From the NCBI RefSeq assembly GCF_009914755.1, contig NC_060935.1: a stretch of DNA of 64,000 nucleotides; one strand, 5' to 3'. The position numbers and the translations under genes are program-made. Position 1 is the first letter of the stretch. Every line of letters begins with the position of its first letter. The DNA comes from the human T2T-CHM13v2.0 reference genome, Homo sapiens. The notes below the pieces were generated by a model. The model was given only the letters and a program-made list of their open reading frames with translations, was not told where the DNA came from and did no database searches. Below are positions 1 to 12,359 of this stretch, piece by piece.

Positions 1-399
1 TATTTTAGACATCCTTTCTATGGAAATGATGGTATTACATTAGATATACATCCTCTTTGAGTTGAGAGAACATATAAATTAGTGAAAAAATTTCTCTAAA
101 TATCAATAATTGATGCAAGGTGGCTATTACAGCATATCACATACAATAGGGAGTAAATAAGTTTTAATAAAAAGTTGCCATGACTTCTTTGTTATCACTG
201 AATCTAGAAATGTAACTGCTTTACCTGAAATTTCGAACGAGAAAGTTCTTCTATGAAATATAGCAAGTGATAAAAAACTATGAGGCAACTGTTAAGATAC
301 TTCAAAGGTGCCAATAAGAGTGCTACAGCCTAGGAATCAATCGTGGATCTGTCCAGTGCATTGATAAGACAGAAATCAGATTACCAAATCATTTTGCAA

Positions 400-910
400 G
401 TACTTTAATATAAGATGTTGACAAACTTGAGGGAGCTTAGAGAAAAGCTGATTGATTAAGAGGCTGGGAAAATGACTTAAGAGGCAAGATTATAAAAACT
501 AAATATATTGTTCATTGACTAAGGAATTAAGTACTTGATGTACAGTACATATAACATTTTTCAGAGAGTGACTTAGGGGTATATGACACAAATTTCCAAG
601 AATTCAAAATGCATCGCCATGAAGGGAAAGAATTGTTTATGATGCTCCCTGGGGGCATAACTAGAAGTCAGGGCATGAAATTGAATAAGAGAAGAGAATA
701 TGTAGGCTCTGTATCTACAAAGTTTTCCCAATAGTAATATCTATTAAATTGTAGAATGGCCTCACAATGGAAGCAGTGGAAAAGCCATCCTGTAAGTTAT
801 TTCACACAAGAGTGGACAAAGTATTCAAAGATATACCTCTGGAAAGAAATCTACCCCATTGCTGTGACAGAGAGTATAATGAATGATTCACTTGAGCTTT
901 CCACTTCTGC
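400..910 (+). mobile_element. Ancient L3/CR1 LINE 3' fragment
   Basis: Degenerate match to the recalled CR1/L3 3' end (gatgttgacaaacttgag...aactagaagtcagggcatgaaattg...tagaatggcctc). Confidence 0.55.
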
Positions 911-2012
911 TTTTAGGAGAGTCATGTGTTTTAAATGAGTATCTGTCTTCCACTGTGAATATATGTGTCATAACTTTGACTTTATGTTTATTCTTTCAAT
1001 CATGTTTTGCTTTTATTTTTCTAAAAGTCATTTAGTTTTTTTATCTTTCTATTTGCCTGGAATATATTTTATGAAAATCACATTTGTAGTTAATGTTCTG
1101 GGCTTGCTATAGGTAATGGCTCTAAGAAAAAGCAATAAAAGCAGTTAGTATTTTAATGCATTTTACAATGTATTTTGAAATGTATACATCCAATCCTAAA
1201 CTATCAGCCCTTGAAAGCTGATGAGTGAACAGAAACTTTCATATTTATTGCTATAAATCTCATATTAGAAGTCTTCTCTTTTAACCACTCATAAATATGT
1301 AATTTCTCCATATTTTATTGAAAACCACTTTTTTTGCTTACGGACATTTATTAATACTAAATTTTCTCTTACATGATAATTTGTGAGAAATGGATTAACA
1401 GCAATGTGTATACAGAGAAGAACTATCTGAGATTTTCTGTACATTGAAAAGAGCTACTAATTATTTAGTCTATGTGGTATATATACTTACATCTCATAAA
1501 ATAAAACACTTAGCAAATTTATTATAGATTTCAAACGATTGCCACAAAACAAGAACCTAGGACATTATGTTGTTTATTCCATCTCACGTATAAGATCCAT
1601 TTGAACTTAATAAGTTCTCCCACTGTAAAGCCGTTTCTTATTTCACAATTATTATATCAGCGAAGAACACTTCAGTTGTAACATTGACTACATCCTCAGG
1701 TACTTTGTTAATTATATCAATTTCAAATTGCCCACTTCGGGAATACTCACCACATGATTACACAGCATAAAGCATCCTTACAGTGAATCCTGAGGGAGGA
1801 TTATAGAAGAAAATGGTGAAGGGAGGTTTTGGTTTGTGCAAATTTCCCTTAACTTTCTCTTACATTACATAATCCTGACCCTTCCCTCCTTGTTGTTTAA
1901 GTCCTAATAGGTCCTGTTGCTCCTAATTCTCTTCAAACCTCTGTCTCTTAAAATGTTCCAGAAAATCACCAGGGTAACTCTGAATGGTAAAATGTGTACA
2001 AATCGCTTAGAG

Positions 2013-2252
2013 GAGGTTTTCTCAAACTCAGCATTATTTACACTTCGGGTTGAATAAGTATTTGCTAGAGTTGGGGATGGGTGGCCTGTGTATTGTAGAA
2101 TATTCACCAGCATTCCTGTCCTCCGCCCACCAGATGCCAGTAGCACATCCATCCTTACCCCCACATTGTGACAACCAAAACTGTTTCCAGATATTGCCCA
2201 ATATCTTGGGGGTTGCGGGGTATGCCAAACCACCCCTGGCTGAGAACCACTG
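2013..2252. mobile_element. MER20 hAT-Charlie MITE
   Basis: Characteristic ccagatgccagtagca...tgtgacaaccaaaa..tccagatattgcc core and ...tgagaaccactg terminus. Confidence 0.8.
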
Positions 2253-2968
2253 CTAGAGCAAGGTGGCACAGGGTAAGAAGAGCTACCTGTCTCATTCTCC
2301 TTTTTATTCTTCCTCTTTTTCATCTCCAGCATTCTATGGAGAAGGCAGCTGCAAGAAAGTTGGGCTGGTGTTGGTTGCTGGAAACGTTAGCCAGTCACTA
2401 TCCTGGCTTCGTGACATTACAGAGTAAGATTTTGAAGCTCAGTTTTGTGAGCTTCAACAAGAAACATAGAGAGGCTGATGCATAGTGTCCCCCAGATGAG
2501 ACACACTGTTCCTCCTATTGAGAATATATTAATGATAGGTTCACACTTACTTCTCTGAGCTAATGATGGGAGGTGCAAATGTCCATACTGCTAATACTAA
2601 TAAGAAAAACATTTACCTGGAATTTCACTTTCTAGCAGCACAAACGTGAGTAGAACTCATTTTACAGGCTACAACGTTCTCAACTGCAACATGGGAATAT
2701 TGTATGGAGAATTCTATAGGTTATTTCCAGTTTTTGTCTGTCTAGTTTCAATGAACTGGCCAATAGCATAAGAAACTTCTCAGAAAGTCCAGTAAAACAG
2801 TAATTCATTCATTTCATCAATACATATACTGTGAGTGTCAACTATGTGCAAGGAACTTCACCAGGGTCTAACAATACAGAAATGAGTAATACAGGAACCT
2901 TGCTCTTGTGGAATTTTAGGGGTAGACTAACATGTAAACAAGTGAGTGTCAAAAGATGCATAGTATAA

Positions 2969-3299
<331 letters not shown>

Positions 3300-4322
3300 A
3301 AAAGTGGTCACTTTTAATTGAAGGATTAGAAGAAGCCCCAACTTAAGAGGTAATGCTTGGAGTTTGGAAGGATCAGAAGTAGTTGATAATCCTGCACACC
3401 TATGATGTACCAGCCTTTGTGCTAGGATACGTTATTTCCAGTCCTGATAAGGTCTCTGCAATTCATTCTTTATTGAGGTTTAACTATGAGAAAACTCAGG
3501 CTTGGATAGCTGAAGGGCCTGGCTGATGGCTCTACGCTGAGTAAGCAGCAGAGGCTGAATTTAAATTCCAGAACCATCATGGAGACTCCTCTAAGCAAAG
3601 GAAGTGACATTAATTTGCAGAGCCTATGAACATGCCCCACATAATATTAGAAATATGTTATGCTCAGGGTGTCTGGAGACAGAGTAAAACATGGGCTGGG
3701 GTAAGAGAGAGAGCGCTAAGGAGCAGAGAGGAACAAACCACAAAATATCCTGGTGCCATGCTAGTTTTGGGGTTTTATCATAGGGAATAGAGAGTTACTG
3801 AAGGGTTTTAAGCAGAAGAATGGCAGCAGTTTGGATGGAGCCTTAGAAATATCTCTTAGGCTGCTGTGGGGAAGAGGAGCTGAATTACAATCCTGCAGGC
3901 AGAGAGACAAAGGAGAAGGAGATTCTTGTTTACTGTGTAGAAAAGAAATTATGGTGGTCATATCCAGACCACTAGAAGAAGAAAGAGGAAAAAGGGCTCA
4001 TAGGGGAAGATATTAAGGAGTTAGAGAGGCAACAAAGGAGTTGCTCATTAATGAAGAAAAAAATCTCAGTACTTCTTCCAATGGGAAGAGAAGAGACAAT
4101 GCCTATACCTTCATTCCCAAGTTTTCTTCTACTGCCCAAACTTCATCAAGATGGGATGGGGACTAACATTGGTGGAGCATCAAACTCCTGTGAAGCAGCT
4201 CTCCCTTCTCCCCATGTGCAGTCACCTCCTATGAAGCAAATTCTGTCCAACCCTAAGAGCTACTCTATAGCACCTTCCTGTACTTCAATCATAGCCCTTG
4301 TCCCATCCTTAGCTGTTCACAC

Positions 4323-6766
4323 TTTTATTTATTTATTTATAATTATATTTTAAGTTCTAGGATACATGTGCAGAATGTGCAGGTTTGTTTCATAGGTATA
4401 CACGTGCCATGGTGGTTTGTTGCACCCATCAACTCATCATCTAGGTTTTAAGCCCCGCGTGCATTAGGTATTTGTCCTAATGCTCTCCCTCCCCTTGCCC
4501 CCCACCTCCTCACAGGCCCTGGTGTGTGATGTTCCTCTCCCTATGTCCATGTGTTCTCACTGTTCTCCAACTTATGAATGAGAACTCCCACTTATGAGTG
4601 AGAACATGCGGTGTTTGGTTTTCTGTTCTTGTGTTAGTTTGCTGAGAATGATGGTTTCCAGCTTCATCCATGTTGCTGCAAAAGACATGAACACATTAAT
4701 TTTTATGGCTGCATAGTACTCCATGGTGTATATTTGCCACATTATCTTTATCCAGTCTATCATTGATGGGCATTTGGGTTGGTTCCATGTCTTTTCTATT
4801 GTCCATAGTGCTGAAATACACATACATGTGCATGTGTCTTTATAGTAAAATGATTTATAATTCTTTGGGTATATACCCAGTAATGGGATTCCTAGGTCAA
4901 GTGGCATTTCTGGTTCTAGACCCTTGAGGAATCGCCACACTGTCTTCCACATTGGTTGAACTAATTTACACTCCCACCAACAGTGGAAAAGCATTCCTAT
5001 TTCTCCACATCCTCTCCAGCATGTTTCCTGACTTTTTAGCAATCACCATTCTAACTAGCATGAGGTGGTATGTCACTGTGGTTTTGCTTTGCATTTCTCT
5101 AATAACCAATGATGATGAGCTTTTTTTCATATGTTTGTTGGCCACATAAATGTCTTCATTTGAGAAGTGTCTGTTCATATCATTGCCCACTTTTTGATGG
5201 GGTTGTTTGTTTTTTTCCTTGTAAATTTGTTTAAGTTCCTTGTAGATTCTGGACATTAGACCTTTGTTAGATGGATAAATTGCAAAATTTTTCTCCCATT
5301 CTGTAGGTTGCCTGTTCACTCTGATGATAGTTTCTTTTGCTGTGCAGAAGCTCTTTAGTTTAATTAGATCCCATTTGTCAATTTTGGCTTTTGTTGCCAT
5401 TGCTTTTGGTGTTTTAGTCATGAAGTCTTTGCCCATGCCCATGTCCTGAATGGTATTGCCTAGGTTTTCTTCTAGGTTTTAGGTTTTAGGTTTTAGGTTT
5501 ATGTTTAAGTCTTTAACCCATCTTGAGTTAATTTTGTATAAGGTATATGGAAGGGGTCCAGTTTCTTTTTTTCTGCATATGACTAGCCACTTTTCCCAGC
5601 ACCATTTATTAAATAGGGAATCCTTTCCCCATTGCTTGTTTTTGTCAGGTTTGTCGAAGATCAGATTGTTGTAGAGGTGTGGTGTTTTTTCTGGGGCCTC
5701 TGTTCTGTTCCGTTGGTCTATATATCTGTTTTAATACCAGTATCATGCTGTTTTGGTTACTCTAGCCTTGTAGTATAGTTTGAAGCCAGGTAGCATGATG
5801 CCTCCAGCTTTGTTCTTTTTGCTTAGGATTGTCTTGGCTATATGGGCTCTTTTTTGGTTCCATATGAAATTTAAAGTAGTTTTTTTCTAGTTCTGTGAAG
5901 AAAGTCAATGATAGCTTGATGGGAATAGCATTGAAGTTATAAATTGCTTTGGGCATTATGGCCATTTTCATGATATTGACTCTTCCTATCCATGAATATG
6001 GAATGTTTTTCCATCTGTTTGTGTCTTCTCTTATTTCCTTAAGCAGTGGTTTGTAGTTGTCCTGGAAGAGGTCCTTCACATCCGTTGTAAGTTGCTATTG
6101 TCAATAGTGGCTATTGTCAATAGTAAGTTGTATTCCTAGGTATTTTTTTCTCTTTGTAGCGATTGTGAATGGGAGTTCACTCATGATTTGGCTCTTTGTT
6201 TATTATTGGTGTATAGGAATGTTTGTGATTTTTGCACATTGATTTTGTATCCTGAGACTTTGCTGAAGTTGCTTATCAGCTTCAGGAGTTTTTGGGCTGA
6301 GACGATGGGGTTTTCTAAATATACAATCATGTCATCTGCAAACAGAGACAATTTGACTTTCTCTCTTCCTATCTGAATACCCTTTATTTCTTTCTCTTGC
6401 CTGATTGCCCTGGCCAGAACTTCCAATAGTATGTTGAATAGGAGTGGTAAGAGAGGGCATCCTTGTCTTGTGCCAGTTTTCAAATGGAATGCTTCCAGCT
6501 TTTGCCAGTTCAGTACGATATTGGCTATGGGTTTCTCATAAATAGCTCTTATTATTGAGATACGTTCTACTGAATAGTTTATCTCAATAAACTATTAAGA
6601 TAGTTTATTGAGAGTTTTTAGCATGATGGGCTGAATTTTATCAAAGGCCTTTTCGGCATCTATTGAGAAAATCATGTGGTTTTTTGTCATTGGTTCTGTT
6701 TATGTCATGGATTATGTTTATTGATTTGAGTAAGTTGAACCAGCCTTGCATCCCAGGGATGAAGCC
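4323..6766 (-). mobile_element. L1PA (about PA8-PA10) 3' segment: degraded ORF2 RT/C-terminus plus 3'UTR
   Basis: ORF fragments [37 protein letters not shown]; L1PA 3'UTR; A-rich tail at 4323-4350. Confidence 0.95.
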
Positions 6767-7369
6767 AGGAGCTGTATTTTTGAAAAGATTAACAAAATAG
6801 ATAGACCACTAGTCAGAATAATAAAGAAGAAAAGAGAGAAGAATCAAATAAACAGAATAGAAAATGATAAATGGGATATCACCACTGATCCCACAGAAAT
6901 ACAAACTACCATCAGAGAACACTAAAAACACCTCTACGCAAATAAACTAGAAAAATTTAGAAGAAATGGATAGATTTCTAGACATACACCCTCCTGAGAC
7001 TAAACCAGGAAGAAGTCAAATCCCTGAATAGACCAATAACAAGTTCTGAAATTGAGGCAGTAATTAATAGCCTACCAACCAAGAAAAAGCCCAGGACCAG
7101 ATGGATTCACAGTAAAATTCTACCAGAGGTACAAAGAGGAGCTGGTACCATTCCTTCTGAAACTATCCCAAACAATTGAAAAAGAGGGACTCCTCCCTAA
7201 CTCATTTTATGAGACCAGCATCATCCTGATACCAAAACCTGGCAGAGACACAATAAAAAAAGAAAATTTCAGGCCAATATCCCTGATGAACATCGATGCA
7301 AAAATCCTCAATAAAATACTGGCAAACCAAATCCAGCAGTACGTCAAAAAGCTTGTCCACCATGATCAA
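6765..7369 (+). mobile_element. Inverted 5' segment of the same L1 (twin-priming inversion)
   Basis: ORF2 linker sequence (ccaggagctg...aaagcccaggaccagatggattcac...catgatcaa). It ends at the L1 position adjacent to where the minus segment starts. Confidence 0.9.
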
Positions 7370-10300
7370 CTGTTCATGCATTTAGTATTGGTTTAACTCT
7401 TCTTTAAAAACTGAGCTAGATTCCTTGAATCCCCCCAGTACCAAGCATAAAATAGGTCCCCGTAATTATTTGTTGAATCAGCCACTCGAAATCCCTCTTG
7501 ACAGTGATAATATATTAGTATAAAAAGATAGATGAAGTAATGCATATGTTTCTTTGTTTTGATTATATTTTGATTAAAACATACCATGTGTGTCTAGGAT
7601 GACCATTTTTCACCCATAAAAGGAGTGGGGATGGGGGACACTTGCCACTTATTATGTATTTGAGGGTAATGGGATCTAATATGTACAGAGATGCTTTTTC
7701 TTTAGAAATATGGTTGCTAAGGCCAGCAGTCCAAATGATAAGATGAGGTTGTTGTCATACAAACTGAAATGTGGTGAGGAACCAGTAAAGTAGAGATTAT
7801 AGAATTGTTAGAAAAGGGTTAAAGAAGGCTGATATACTGTGTAATAAGTGCTCAGAAAACAAACTTGCACAACCACACAGCACAGGAGAGATTAGGATAT
7901 GAGATTGCTGCAGCTTCATCATCCGGCTCCATCATCATAAAGAGTATCATTTCCATTGCTAACAGCTGGGAAAACAGGCACCAGTAGTGTCGTTGTTGGT
8001 TTCTTTTCTGTGTAAACAAACATTTTTCAATAGCAAAATTGAAGGGATTTTCTCTTAATTTATAATAGGAACAATGATATCTTCAGAATGAAACCCAGTT
8101 TGCTGAGGGAAGAAAATGGACAATCGATAGGGATGGTGTTCTTAAGGTTGCAGGGCTGTTTTCTTTTTTTATGAACATTTCAAAACATGAACATTGTCTT
8201 TCAAAATGGCCACCTGGGTACTCTTTCTCTCCTAATGTCCCCACACAGAAAATTAACTAACGAAACATGTAAGCTAGAATGCTGTTTGTTTGAAGGGTAG
8301 TATGGAATTATGAAAACAAATTAATTAAGATGTCTCTTTTTATGGGACTTAAATATGTTTATATTGATATGCAAGTGTGAATTGAGAGAAACACTCCAGC
8401 CTACTGAGTTTTTTTTAATGGAATTAAGAAGCTCCCAGTAGTTTGTTACAATACCTCAAGACCATGTGAGTCACTTACATTTTAGAAAGTGCTTTCCCAT
8501 ATGTGATCTCATTTAATCCTATGGCATGCTTGTAACATACAAAGTGTTTTAGAAATGTTTGTAGATTTGGCAAAATATAGCTGAACTGAAAATTTAATTC
8601 TTTTAGAAAGATATACTAACTGTCTTGTACCCCTGTACTAAGTGACGTCATTGTCTTTGAAGTGTTTCCAGTCTAGTGAAAAAACATAAATCCTGTAAAA
8701 CAGGTACAGTGAGCTCAATGCTATTAAAATGGTAAAATGAGTAGCAAACGTGAACTTGGGGATGGTATTGTCAGAGAAGGGGATGAATCCTGGGGCTCTG
8801 CTTCATACATTAAGGATTCATATTAAGAGAAATAATTCTTAACAAGGCAGCACATCAGAATCAGCTCAGGAGCTTTATAAATGGAGCTTTGCAGATGCTT
8901 TCCCCATGAGATACTGATTCACTGAGTCAGGCATCAGTTCTGGACATGTATGTTTAAAAGAAAATTCTAATGCAAACCATTGGTCATTTTCCTGGAATTG
9001 TGGTACTTTCTTTCTGCAGTCTAAATTATACTCTATAGCTAAAGCCTGAAGTCTTTGGCCAAATTTCTTTCTTTCCTTTAGCTTTAGGTTCTGTTGCTTT
9101 TAAAAGCAAATAATTTGGGAAGGATAAGGCTTTAAACTGTTACCAGTCGGTAACTCATTTTGTTCCCTCTACTTAGATTAATGATTCCCCACTCCTTCCT
9201 TGGGTCAGCTTTCTTCCTATGTGAATCATTTCCAGATCAGCTTCTCTTTCCCTTGGACAGAATTTATTTTCTCTCTTCTCCCATCCTACAAACCCTCAGT
9301 TGTATTTCAGCTATCACTGATCTTACCACAATTGACTCAGGCAACTATCTGGCAGGGAGGTTTCACATTTTATTTGTATCCCTAGGTCTTTCGTTGGGAC
9401 CTGCCATGGCGATTGAGAGGCAAAGAAATGTTTGTAGAAAGAATGAGTTACATAATTCATTAGAAAATTAGCTTTCAGCCTGGTCTACAAGAAAGATTTG
9501 CTAGTTGTTGTGATTTGTGAGGAAATAACTTTTGGGCATTTGGTAAGGATGGAACACAGAGATGGGGTGAGTCAGGTTTGTAGATAATTCTAAGAGAAAA
9601 CAGGCCACAAAACATAAGATCTGCTTTGCCATTCTGCCTATAGCTGGCTGAGAAATAACCATTCTATTTTTATATTGAAAATAGCATATATACATTTTTT
9701 TGTTACACAAGGGATGCTCTTACAAAAGGTTCAGAAGAAAATGGAATCATTTGCAATTGTTTATTCTAACTAATTGTAACTTCAAATCAAAATTAGGCAC
9801 TGGCCCGCAATCTTAAATTAGAGCTCTGCCTTTATAACACTGATTTTCCTTCATAAATGCTTTCTTAGTTAAGACTTTGTATGCGTATTTATATATTTTT
9901 TAACTAATTAAAATCCACTTCCCTATCTAGGTTATCTCCTATGGCTAAATGAAATAATTTTGTATTAGTTATTCATATTTCTTTTTTATCTGTTACAGAG
10001 ATAGTACAGAGATTAAAATAGTAGGGGTTTTATTGTCTTTTTCTTTAAAAAATCTGTTTTTAGCATTTCAGGAAAAAAGAAAATGCCAGAAAATCATACG
10101 GAGTGCTTCTGGCCTTGAATAGCTATGCATTTTAGACACTTGGCTTGTGTTTGAGCCAAAGGAATACATTATGTTTTGCAGAATTCTATGAGAAATGAAG
10201 GCCTTTCTGTAGTAGTGACATCAAGAAACTTCAAGTCCAAATTTACTATTAAGGTTGGAATTTTAATGTCAAAGGTATATTTCAGCTATTTTCATGAGTA

Positions 10301-10510
10301 ATTCAAAAGGGACTGACCAAGAAAGGTACATCTAATGTGTCATTGCTGAATACAGCTAGTTACAGTTTTTGGCTTCTTGTCCTGCCAACACTGCCAGGGT
10401 TGTGGGTGTCGAACTGGGAAGTGGAATCTCACTGCACTAGGTATTCTCTTACTTTATGGGATTCTCTAGTGTTTTTCTTGTGCCAAGGCCTCTTAAAGGA
10501 CCTTGAATAC

Positions 10511-10856
10511 TGTTGTGGACTGAATATTTGTGTCCCCCCCAAAATTGATACCTTGAAATTTAAATGCCCAATATCACAGTATGTAGAGGTAGGGCCTTAG
10601 GATGTAGGAATGGGATTAGCAACCTTATGAAAGCAACCCCAGAGAGCTTTCATCCTCTTTCCATCATATGTCACGTGAAGCTACAAGAAGAATTTGGCAA
10701 TCTACAACCCACAAGAGAGCCCTCACCAAAACCCTACCATGCTGGCACCTTGATCTCAGACTCTCAGCCTCCAGTACCATGAGAAATAAATTTCTGTTGC
10801 CTATAAGCCACGAAGTCTAAGGTACTTTGTTATAATAGCCTGAATTGACTAAGGAA
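10511..10856 (+). mobile_element. MaLR solo LTR (MLT1A-like)
   Basis: tgttgtggactgaat...gagaaataaatttctgttg..taagcca...gactaag; near-TSD aatac/aatgc. Confidence 0.8.
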
Positions 10857-10881
10857 AATGCTTATTTTGATTCTAACCCTC

Positions 10882-11297
10882 TGCTATGTTTCGAATGACT
10901 GTCCTCTCCAAAACTCATGTTGGAACGTAATCCCCAATGTAACAATATTGAGAGGTGGGGCCTATAAGTGATTAATTCATTTACTGGTTAATGGATTAAT
11001 GGGTTAATGGATTAATGGGTTAGCATGGGAGTGGGTTAGTTATCATAGAAGTGTGCCTGTTACAAAAAGTCAGGTTGGCTCTTTCTTGCAAACTCCCTTA
11101 CCGTGTAATGCTCTATGCCATCTTGGGACTCTGCAGAGAATCCATACCAGCAAGAAGGCCTAGAAGACCCTCACCATATACTGCCCCTAGACCTTGGAGT
11201 TTCCTGGCCTCCAAAACTGTAAGAAATAAATTTCTTTTTTAAAAAAATTACCCAGTCTCAAGTACTCATTTATAGCAATAGAAAAGGGACTAAGACA
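10882..11297 (+). mobile_element. MaLR solo LTR (MSTC/MSTD-like)
   Basis: TG...CA ends; perfect 5-bp TSD ccctc (10877-10881 and 11298-11302); atggattaatgggtta motif. Confidence 0.85.
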
Positions 11298-12359
11298 CCC
11301 TCCGAAGACATTTAATGGTAATAGTAATAATAACAGCTGTATCTGTTGTACACAGACTGTGTACCAAACCCGTATATTTTAAAGATAATCTTCAAGCAGC
11401 TTTATAATGCAGATGAATCCTTCCCATTTTACAAATGATGAAACAGCAGCTTAGACAGTTTAATTGACACTCTAGATCTCATAGATAATACACAGATTTG
11501 AATTTGAGTGTTTCTGATTCATATATCCTGTACTCTTTACATAAAAGCTAAAAAACAAAAAAATCAAATGAATGGTTTTGGAGTGTTTGAAAACCTGGAA
11601 AGCTCTTGAGGCCTTAGTTAATATCTGCTAGAATGAGACTATCTGGATTCCAGAGACCTGTGACAATTATTAAGAAGCCCTAAGTCTTTTAAGGCTGCTG
11701 CTGCTGTCCATGAGGAAGGCCAGCTCAGCAGTCTCATCAACAGAAGACCCAAATCTTGCCTGCTATGGTGTTACAGTTACACAGTCTCATGTAAGGTCAG
11801 GCTAGTATTGGTGCAACTATATGCCTCTTAGAGTTTAAAATGTTGCAGAGACTGACTTCAGAATCAGAATACCTGGTTATATGCTTCATTTCTATTCCAC
11901 AGTTTCCCTAACATTTGACCCTTACAATTCCCCTCCAACCTTGATCCTACTCTGAACCCAATCCTCACCCCCATTCCTCCAATGCCCAGTAGGCCCTGGA
12001 ACAAAGCAGCTAAGGGCCCTTGGTATGCTGGTATGATTGCAACATCGGAGTAGGAGACAGCAAGTCTTTCAGATTACTATAGACATAAATGATGGTCTCT
12101 TTATATACTGTCACTTAATATGTCATTGGGGATAGATTTTTTTGCTTTTACTCCAAAATATCAGACACATCTTAGGTATTCAATGAATGCTTGTTGGTTC
12201 AGCCCAGTTAAATATTTTGAGGCCTGCTGAGCGCAATGCACAGTAATAGACGCTGCAGGTGTGAGCCACTCCCTACCTACAAGGAGCTTTTGCTCTAGTA
12301 GAGATAGTGAGGCATGTATGTGGGTTTTTATGGATTAAAAAGACTGGAAAGAAATGTAC

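Noticed and set aside
1904-2485. Overlapping 142-aa and 105-aa ORFs
   Set aside because: Span a MER20 MITE; no protein similarity I recognise and no splice support.
5473-5500. (TAGGTTT)4 telomere-like repeat
   Set aside because: Not TTAGGG. Explained by slippage of the native L1 ...ggttttagg... sequence.
4572-6483. ORFs of 100-158 aa with reverse-transcriptase motifs (also at 12354-14222 and 61251-61824)
   Set aside because: Frameshifted fragments of L1 ORF2 in truncated, dead elements; not genes.
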